Positions 6,891-13,088 of a DNA stretch of 25,968 nt are shown piece by piece. The first letter of the stretch is position 1, and every line of letters starts with the position of its first letter. The notes beneath the pieces are model-generated. The model was given only the letters and a program-made list of their open reading frames with translations, had not been told where the DNA came from and made no database searches. Both the position numbers and the translations under genes were made by a program. Origin of the DNA: a virus; IMG/VR virus record IMGVR_UViG_3300026194_000306. One strand, given 5' to 3'.

Positions 6891-7174
6891 GCCGCCACCT
6901 CTGTTGCGTGTCTCGTCCGGAGGAACGCGATCAGGTCTCGTGCCGTCGTGTTCAGGGTCCGCCGGCGGCGGCCGGGGCTCTGGGTGTCCCGGATCCGGTC
7001 GATCGCGGCGTCTTCGTCGAGCGGGAACCCGGTGGCGCTGAAGGTCGAGGATTGCAGGGCTCGTGCCAGGGATACTTTGTTGCGGACGGTCGCGGGGGTG
7101 TAGCAGCCCCGGGCCGAGAGATGGCGCTCGAAGTCCGCGAGGGTCTCCGGGGTGAGGCGGACGGCCGGGATCAT
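6887..7174 (-). CDS. 95-aa protein resembling a stand-alone integrase N-terminal core-binding (SAM-like) domain
   Basis: LADFERHLSARGCYTPATVRNKVSLARAL resembles the F..L...g.s..Tv..Y pattern of integrase CB domains. Confidence 0.5.
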   Translation of the reverse strand: MIPAVRLTPETLADFERHLSARGCYTPATVRNKVSLARALQSSTFSATGFPLDEDAAIDRIRDTQSPGRRRRTLNTTARDLIAFLRTRHATEVAA

Positions 7175-7314
7175 GCCGGCACCCCCGCGAGCATGGGGTC
7201 GCCGGGGATGATTGCCCCGGTGCGGAACGAGACGACCCGGCCGCAGCCACGGAGGCAGACGGCGTAGGCGCCTTTGATGACCCGCATTTTGTGGTTGCAC
7301 TGTTTGCAGCGCAT
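7171..7314 (-). CDS. 47-aa Zn-ribbon protein MRCKQCNHKM...CLRGC...
   Basis: Translated by hand; overlaps at both ends. Confidence 0.6.
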   Translation of the reverse strand: MRCKQCNHKMRVIKGAYAVCLRGCGRVVSFRTGAIIPGDPMLAGVPA

Positions 7315-7685
7315 CAGGCATCCGCCTCCTTATCTTCCTCGTCACGAGGGGCGACGACAACGCACTGACGGCTGACAGAGCCGGCCGGGTCCTCGCAGAG
7401 CATCACCAGTACCGGGTATCCGCCGGGAGTCTTCCGGGGACCTTCGACCAGGGCGACGGCCTCGGCTCCGAGACCTTCGGCGTACTCGAGTGCCTCCAGG
7501 AGTTCCCGCAGGCCGTAGACGCCGAGGCGGTTGCCGGCTTCCGGGTCCCCCTCTACCCAGCCGACTCCTACGGTATCTTTCCGGTTAATGTGGAGCTCGA
7601 TAATGATGTGGTCGTATGTTTCGAGGGTCGTAGGGGTGCGGTGCAGCGTGGGGAACGGGGATGGAATGCCGGTGGCGCCGGACAT
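7314..7685 (-). CDS. Hypothetical protein, possible single sliding-clamp (PCNA-like) domain
   Basis: ORF track; YGLRELLEAL...V.L..G...YPVLV...VVVAPR plus acidic tail. Confidence 0.6.
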   Translation of the reverse strand: MSGATGIPSPFPTLHRTPTTLETYDHIIIELHINRKDTVGVGWVEGDPEAGNRLGVYGLRELLEALEYAEGLGAEAVALVEGPRKTPGGYPVLVMLCEDPAGSVSRQCVVVAPRDEEDKEADA

Positions 7686-8075
7686 TTAGACCGCCCCCTG
7701 TGCGCGGGCTTCGGCGCGGGCGATGAACTCCTGCCGGTGCTTCCGGTCCCACTCTGTGGGGCACAGGATGAGTTTGCCGGTCTCGACATTAAACCAGACT
7801 TCGCCGTTCGAGCCGCCGGCGGTATTGTCGCTGTCGGGGTCGGCTGCACCCTCGATCGCCTCACGGATCGCGGCGGCGCTGATGATCATCCACCATCCGC
7901 AGACGGGGCAGTCGAAGTGCCTGAGCGGGCGAAGGGTGCCGCTGACGTGCTGATTGAGCGGCGCGTTGCAGAGTGGGCAGGCGTCGTACAGGAACGGGAG
8001 GTCCTTGCCGGTCGCGGTGGCGGTGTCGAGGGCGGCGAGGGCGGCCCGGACGGTGGGGGGCGTGCGGCGAGCCAT
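7686..8075 (-). CDS. Zn-ribbon protein (CPLC...CPVC)
   Basis: ORF track. Confidence 0.75.
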   Translation of the reverse strand: MARRTPPTVRAALAALDTATATGKDLPFLYDACPLCNAPLNQHVSGTLRPLRHFDCPVCGWWMIISAAAIREAIEGAADPDSDNTAGGSNGEVWFNVETGKLILCPTEWDRKHRQEFIARAEARAQGAV

Positions 8076-8233
8076 CAGGCTTGCACCCCCTGCGCGGTCG
8101 CCGGCTGCGTGAGCGGGGCGACCTCCTCGATGAACGCGATCTCGCCCTGCTGGATCTTCAGCTCGATTAAGGCACGCTTGAGGAGCGGCAGGGCCTCGTA
8201 GGCTTCCCGGCGGATGTAGAGCGGCGCGGTCAT
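8075..8233 (-). CDS. 52-aa protein MTAPLYIRREAYEALPLLKRALIELKIQQGEIAFIEEVAP..., homolog of 417-539
   Basis: Translated by hand; ATGA and TGATG overlaps. Confidence 0.65.
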   Translation of the reverse strand: MTAPLYIRREAYEALPLLKRALIELKIQQGEIAFIEEVAPLTQPATAQGVQA

Positions 8234-8403
8234 GCAGCCAGCCCCCGGATACGTGCTTCGTTCGGCGGTTGACAGGCGATCGTACGTGCGAGCAGGTCTG
8301 AAACAGAGTTAACTATTTCAAGTTCCCGAGCACTTAGAGAGTTGGCAGTTTCCCCTTCCAAGTTCTTGGCGGGACGCGGAGCGGGGCTGCCTCCACTTTT
8401 CAT
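8230..8403 (-). CDS. Small hypothetical protein MKSGGSP...
   Basis: ATGA overlap with the RHH stop. Confidence 0.5.
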   Translation of the reverse strand: MKSGGSPAPRPAKNLEGETANSLSARELEIVNSVSDLLARTIACQPPNEARIRGLAA

Positions 8404-8654
8404 TGTTCCATCTGGCATGATTCACCTCGCGGACATATGTGGTCGTTTGGCGGGCAGGGGTTATTATCTGTTGGCCGTGCGCGGGGTGAAAGTGAATCGT
8501 GCCATTCACGATTCAGTTTGGCGCGGGTCAATTCCCCGACTACGGCCTGATTCATGTTAGGATAGTCATGACCTGCGCCAGCGAGACCCTCCAACCATCG
8601 ATAGAGATGTAGGGGGAGGCGCACGGCCACAGAGTGGCTCTTAGTGTTTGCCAT
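8400..8654 (-). CDS. RHH regulator (leftward member of the switch)
   Basis: SVAVRLPLHLYRWLEGL...YPNMNQAVVGEL: CopG/ParD-type RHH pattern. Confidence 0.8.
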   Translation of the reverse strand: MANTKSHSVAVRLPLHLYRWLEGLAGAGHDYPNMNQAVVGELTRAKLNREWHDSLSPRARPTDNNPCPPNDHICPRGESCQMEQ

Positions 8655-8753
8655 GATGTTCACTGGGCATACATCATATATATTGTTTGCTATATCAATG
8701 CCCCGGCATACATCAGATTATTGGTTTCCCTTATAGAGGATCAAGTGATTTCG
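8655..8753. promoter_or_regulatory. Divergent promoter with an 11-bp direct repeat operator
   Basis: GGCATACATCA at 8666-8676 and 8705-8715; TATA-like tracts. Confidence 0.7.
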
Positions 8754-9008
8754 ATGCCGGCTCGCTCTGGGTCCTCCGCTATCTCGGGACGAATGCCTAA
8801 CGCCCTCTATCGATGGCTAGAGGCTAAAGTGAAAAACGGAGAGTATCCGAACCTGAATCAGGCTCTTATCGCCCAACTCATGAAGGCGAAAACCCTTGAG
8901 GAGGAGCATGAGACCCGCAAAAACTTGCTGAGTTTGAGGGCAGAGATAGTCCGAGACGTCATCGAAAAATTAAAAGAAGAGTCTGGGGGGCAGCATGAGC
9001 CGAAATAA
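8754..9008 (+). CDS. RHH regulator (rightward member), paralog of 8400-8654
   Basis: AISGRMPNALYRWLEAKVKNGEYPNLNQALIAQLMKAK. Confidence 0.8.
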   Translation: MPARSGSSAISGRMPNALYRWLEAKVKNGEYPNLNQALIAQLMKAKTLEEEHETRKNLLSLRAEIVRDVIEKLKEESGGQHEPK

Positions 9009-9474
9009 ATGGATCTTTTTGACTGTGCTCGTGTTCGTGGCGGCCCTGTTTGTCGTCATCTCCCCCGTGCAGGGGTTTGAGCCTGTGCCGCCTCCCACAC
9101 CCCGATCGCCGCCACCGCTGCCCCCTCCATCAACACTCCCGCCGTGGGCGGTCTCACCTGGTCCCACCCCGCCGCAGCCTCCGCCTTTAACGATGCGGAC
9201 GCCCGTGCCCATACCAACGGTGAAGATCTCGACTCCGGCTCCGGTGCAGACTGCGGTGCCGGTCCACTGGACGATGCCGCCGCAGAACCCGGTCCCCTTG
9301 CCTCCCACTGTTGTCAAGACAATGAAGCCCGTGATATCTACTCCCAGCCCAACTACAGCGGTTGCGCTATCAAAAGAGATGGAGGCTCCGGCCGCAGGCT
9401 CTAACCTGATAGCACTGACCTGTCTTGCCGGGGCAGGGGTCGCGGTGTGTCTGCGGGCGCTGAGGAGGGGATGA
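8995..9474 (+). CDS. Secreted Pro/Thr-rich mucin-like protein with a C-terminal membrane anchor
   Basis: N-terminal signal peptide, PPT-rich linker, C-terminal hydrophobic segment followed by RRG. Confidence 0.75.
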   Translation: MSRNKWIFLTVLVFVAALFVVISPVQGFEPVPPPTPRSPPPLPPPSTLPPWAVSPGPTPPQPPPLTMRTPVPIPTVKISTPAPVQTAVPVHWTMPPQNPVPLPPTVVKTMKPVISTPSPTTAVALSKEMEAPAAGSNLIALTCLAGAGVAVCLRALRRG

Positions 9475-9507
9475 CATCACCTGCCTCTCACCGTTGCGAT
9501 CAGTTTC

Positions 9508-10167
9508 TTACCAGAAATTCTGAGTGGAATAATAGTACTGGTGACCGTCGTGCGCCACTCCTACGCCCAACCTGCTATATTGAGGATCGAGAATGTTCTG
9601 TTTATGACCGGGGCTTTTCATCCAGGAATCAACCTGTGCTCTGGCAATGGCATCCGCGGTGTTTGCCACAACCCCGATACCCGCGACGTTTCCCGTTGGC
9701 ATCTTGCCGATATTCTCCCCAATGCCGTCTGAATACCACCCGCCGCCAAGGTTCTTTCGTAGAGGATACCCATACTTGCGAGCACGATCTGTTGGATCGT
9801 CTCCTTGCAAGTTATCATGAGAGAAGTAATTATTATCAACCATATCCTGGCTGTGCCGTCGTGCAATGGTTGAGAGTTGATCGTCCCATTCAAGGGGTGC
9901 GACCCCGTGTTTCTGCCGTTCCTCGTTAGTATATTTCAGAATTAAAGGTTCTACATCTTCTGGAGGGACGCGGCCCAAAAATTCCGGTAATTGAGAGAGT
10001 TCATCTAAGAAAGGGACTGTTATTTGCCCTGTTCCGCTATATGGCTCTGAGAGTGCCGCGTCGGGCAATGGCTGATACATCAGCCATACTATTGGTCCTC
10101 CGACCACTACGCAAAAGATAATGGCGAGTATTGTTTCTCGTTGCTCTTTCCAGATGTTCTCGCGCAT
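9508..10167 (-). CDS. Membrane-anchored CAP (SCP/YkwD-like) domain protein
   Basis: TNEER..G..PL..D..L...AR.HS.DM...YFSH, GENI and WMKSPGHKQNIL motifs; N-terminal TM. Confidence 0.9.
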   Translation of the reverse strand: MRENIWKEQRETILAIIFCVVVGGPIVWLMYQPLPDAALSEPYSGTGQITVPFLDELSQLPEFLGRVPPEDVEPLILKYTNEERQKHGVAPLEWDDQLSTIARRHSQDMVDNNYFSHDNLQGDDPTDRARKYGYPLRKNLGGGWYSDGIGENIGKMPTGNVAGIGVVANTADAIARAQVDSWMKSPGHKQNILDPQYSRLGVGVAHDGHQYYYSTQNFW

Positions 10168-10197
10168 AGTGGGAGCTGGTACGGGAGAGAAATAAAC

Positions 10198-10530
10198 TTA
10201 CCCAAATGCGCCGGCGACGTGCTGGGTAATCTGGACGAGATTGTAGACCGGCGGGAGCGTGTAGACCGCGAGCACGGCCAGCCAGGGGTATTTCCCGGAC
10301 CCGGGCCGGAGGAGGTCGCAGGAGGCGGAGCAGAGGAAGGTGCCGGTGATGAGGGCGAGGGCAAACGGCGCTTTGAAGATGGCCTGCATCCAGACCGAGC
10401 CGGCGAGGGGGGCGAGGAGGTAATTTGCTTCGGCCATGCCGAGCCGCGTGAACCAGACGGTTGTGAAGATGTCGGCGGCGAGGAGTGCCAGCAGCAGGGC
10501 CACGTAAAAAAGGGGAGACTTCCGGTTCAT
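10198..10530 (-). CDS. DUF5658-like small membrane protein
   Basis: ADIFTT...G..EAN.L motif, several TM segments. Confidence 0.65.
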   Translation of the reverse strand: MNRKSPLFYVALLLALLAADIFTTVWFTRLGMAEANYLLAPLAGSVWMQAIFKAPFALALITGTFLCSASCDLLRPGSGKYPWLAVLAVYTLPPVYNLVQITQHVAGAFG

Positions 10531-10537
10531 TGCACCG

Positions 10538-10903
10538 TTAGAACTGTTTGTTCAGCAGGATCTGTTCGCTGCCGTCGCTGAAGTGCCCGACGACGAGGAA
10601 CCGGGCCGCTTTCCCGCCGGGGATTACCGAGACGTTCCCTACGGTGAAGTTGTCGGTCTGCGATGCCTTCTCGGTCCCGTTGACGCTGTACGTGATCTCC
10701 ACTAACTGCGCCAGCCCGGATCCGCCCTGAAGGATGGACTCGATACCGTCCGGCACTAACTTTGCGGAGAGCATGACGGTCTTCGTCGTTTCTACGTCGC
10801 CGGCCATGTTCATCACGAAACGGCCGCCAGGATAACGGTGATGGCGACCATCAGGATCACCCCGATCACGGGAGGAAACTGCTTCATCGTTTTTGATGGA
10901 CAT
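10538..10903 (-). CDS. Archaeal type IV pilin (DUF1628-like) with its hydrophobic helix shifted out of frame by two compensating indels
   Basis: MSIKNDEAVS start; the alternative frame over about 10817-10872 reads [18 protein letters not shown]; pilin-like globular domain ending FSDGSEQILLNKQF. Confidence 0.85.
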   Translation of the reverse strand: MSIKNDEAVSSRDRGDPDGRHHRYPGGRFVMNMAGDVETTKTVMLSAKLVPDGIESILQGGSGLAQLVEITYSVNGTEKASQTDNFTVGNVSVIPGGKAARFLVVGHFSDGSEQILLNKQF

Positions 10904-10907
10904 TAAT

Positions 10908-11072
10908 TCACCTCTTCCCACAGGAGAGCCCGTGGTGTTCGCCCCAGAAAATGAGCGCTTTGCGGGCGGCGTCGGACTTGGAGCAGGCGATCCCGCTCTC
11001 GGTGGCTGCTTCGAGGATTTTGGATTCGACGCTGCCGAGCAGGAAGGTTTCTCGTGCGGGGCTCTGTCGCAT
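10908..11072 (-). CDS. 54-aa RHH-like regulator MRQSPARETFLLGSVESKILEAATESGIACSKSDAARKALIFW...
   Basis: Translated by hand; SKSDAARKAL second-helix pattern; directly follows a TATA region. Confidence 0.55.
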   Translation of the reverse strand: MRQSPARETFLLGSVESKILEAATESGIACSKSDAARKALIFWGEHHGLSCGKR

Positions 11073-11140
11073 AGTATATATTTAGAATCTGTTACTATAT
11101 AGATTCTATCGTATCCCACTAAAATATATATTAAAGGAAT
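11073..11140 (-). promoter_or_regulatory. Promoter/operator of the pilin-DUF5658-CAP module
   Basis: TATA-like tracts; inverted repeat TAGAATCT 11083-11090 / AGATTCTA 11101-11108. Confidence 0.6.
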
Positions 11141-11291
11141 TTTTTCTGTAGGTCCCGGAGCGTGTAGCGGCCGAGAGAGCACCCCTGCCGCCGGTCGTAG
11201 ACGGGGAGGGGGATGGTGTCCAGAGAGTCCAGGCGGACCACCCGGCCGCCGAGGGGCCGGAGGTCTACGACGTAATCCTTCTTGCGGGCCA

Positions 11292-12704
11292 TTACAGATA
11301 CCTCCGATACAGGCTGTAGCCTATGCCGATCATCGCCGCGACCATGAAGGCATACCCGATCTCCGCGAACTGCGGGAGGAGGTAGGGGACGAGCAGACCT
11401 CCGATGAGAGCGGCGACCACGAATGGGACGATCACATCACCACTCCTGAGGAAGAGGATGACAAAGACGAACGCGGAGATGAGGGAGATGAACGCCGCGA
11501 GGCCGAAGTCACCGCCGCCGAAGGGTCGGGCGTAGAGGTCAGCCTCGGCGGTCCAGAAGTCTTCAATGGAGAGGTTGCCGGCCATGAGGGTGTTGAAGAT
11601 GTCGCCGTGGGTGGTGACGGGGGCGGGGGTGAGGGCCGGGAGGCTGAAGGAGACTTCGGGGGAGTAGCCGCCGGCGGTGCCTGCCCGGGCGTAGTAGGTC
11701 TGGCCGCTGATGAGAGGGAGGGAGACGATGGTGGCGGAGTAGTCTGAGGTGTTGGTGGTGATGGTTGAGGACTGATACCCGTATTTTCCGGGGGCGGCGC
11801 CGAGGACGATCCAGACTTCGGGGTAGGGGGTGGAGCCGGAGAGGGTGACGGCCTGCGTGGTGATGTTGCCGGCGTTGATGGTGAGGCCGTCGCAGAGCGG
11901 GTAGTCGGTGCTGTGGACGGGGGTCTGGGTCGGGGTCTGGGTCGGGGTCTGGGTCGGGGTCTGGGTCGGGGTCGGTTCGATTAAACTCCACCGGATTGCC
12001 CGATCGAGGACGTCCTGTGCATCGGCGGTGAGGGTTATTGTGCCGGTTGAGTATAGCCAGCCGATGAAGCCGCAGCGGGCGCCGTATGGGTTGCCGAACA
12101 GATCAGGCGTGTTCTTCTCAATCGCCAATATGGCAATCGATGAGTCGCTAGCACTATACTCTGCGATCCTCGTGCCGACATATCCGTCGGCTCGCGGAGC
12201 CAGCGCCATCCATGTGCTGCTTGAATATATCGAGATTGTGCTCGGCGTCGAATAAGGATCGGTTATGGGGTGCGATGGGGTGTAATCCAAGAGATAATCT
12301 CCGTTTCGGGTATCTACGATAGATAGTTTCCCGACCATACCTAATGTGATCGCTCCTCCTGCTGTGAGTGTCCCTGTTCCTGTGGTGATCCCCGCCCACA
12401 CGGGGATCCCTTTGTCGATGTATGCTCGGATGTACGTGTGTTGCGCTTCCGTACCTGTCCGGGTCAGCACGATCGCATCGTAATTATCCAAGTTTGTCGC
12501 GGTAACGTCTGCTATAGCAATTATCGTGCAGGTATGCCCTTTTGCATCTAGCACCTGTTTGAAGTATACTGGAGATCTGTGTGTGGGGTCTACAGTTACG
12601 ATCGCAATCGTGGCATCCGGTGCATCTGCTAGCGGGTCAGTGGCCGCTACCGTCGGTATGAGGGAGAGGATGATGAGCAAGAGGAGTATTCCTTTCCTCA
12701 TCAT
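11292..12704 (-). CDS. Membrane-anchored spike/adhesin-like protein (signal peptide, N-terminal alpha/beta domain, TQTP linker, FN3-like domain, C-terminal TMs)
   Basis: ORF track trimmed to MMRKGILL at the ATGA overlap; ...GQTYYARAG FN3-like pattern. Confidence 0.8.
   Translation of the reverse strand: MMRKGILLLLIILSLIPTVAATDPLADAPDATIAIVTVDPTHRSPVYFKQVLDAKGHTCTIIAIADVTATNLDNYDAIVLTRTGTEAQHTYIRAYIDKGIPVWAGITTGTGTLTAGGAITLGMVGKLSIVDTRNGDYLLDYTPSHPITDPYSTPSTISIYSSSTWMALAPRADGYVGTRIAEYSASDSSIAILAIEKNTPDLFGNPYGARCGFIGWLYSTGTITLTADAQDVLDRAIRWSLIEPTPTQTPTQTPTQTPTQTPVHSTDYPLCDGLTINAGNITTQAVTLSGSTPYPEVWIVLGAAPGKYGYQSSTITTNTSDYSATIVSLPLISGQTYYARAGTAGGYSPEVSFSLPALTPAPVTTHGDIFNTLMAGNLSIEDFWTAEADLYARPFGGGDFGLAAFISLISAFVFVILFLRSGDVIVPFVVAALIGGLLVPYLLPQFAEIGYAFMVAAMIGIGYSLYRRYL
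11920..11967. repeat. 4 x 12-bp tandem repeat GGGGTCTGGGTC encoding a TQTP linker
   Basis: Read directly from the sequence. Confidence 0.95.
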
Positions 12705-13084
12705 TTCGCCTGCCCCCATCCGAACTTTGAGGCGAGCTGGATCAGGAACGTGGCGATGGAGAGGACGACCACGCACTGAGAGATGGCGGCGACCGGGGCG
12801 GGGACGTGGAAGATATCGACCATCGTGGGGTAGACGTAGACGATGGTGGTGATCATGTCCTGGAGCCAGCCCATGCCGCCGAGGACGGAGGAGACCGCGA
12901 GCCCGACGTAATCTCCGATGCCGAGCGGGCCGGTCTGGCCCGCCAGGGAGGTCATTTCGGAGAGGGTGAAGGTGCTGGTGTCGGGGGCGGCGTAGTAGTT
13001 GTGGCCGAAGACGCCGAGGGCGTTCACCAGGGCGATAGCCGGCCCGCAGAAGGTGAGCAGGGTTAAGATATCGTGGAATCGCAT
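12701..13084 (-). CDS. Membrane protein, putative virion component
   Basis: ORF track; hydrophobic segments; coupled to neighbours. Confidence 0.75.
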   Translation of the reverse strand: MRFHDILTLLTFCGPAIALVNALGVFGHNYYAAPDTSTFTLSEMTSLAGQTGPLGIGDYVGLAVSSVLGGMGWLQDMITTIVYVYPTMVDIFHVPAPVAAISQCVVVLSIATFLIQLASKFGWGQAK

Positions 13085-13088
13085 GGTA

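Noticed and set aside
10538-11182. 214-aa ORF as listed in the track
   Set aside because: The 5' half is promoter sequence plus another frame of the small RHH-like gene; the real start is the ATG at 10903 after GAGGTGAA
11563-11991. ORF with a PD repeat (DPDPDPDP)
   Set aside because: Alternative frame of the TQTP tandem repeat in the spike gene
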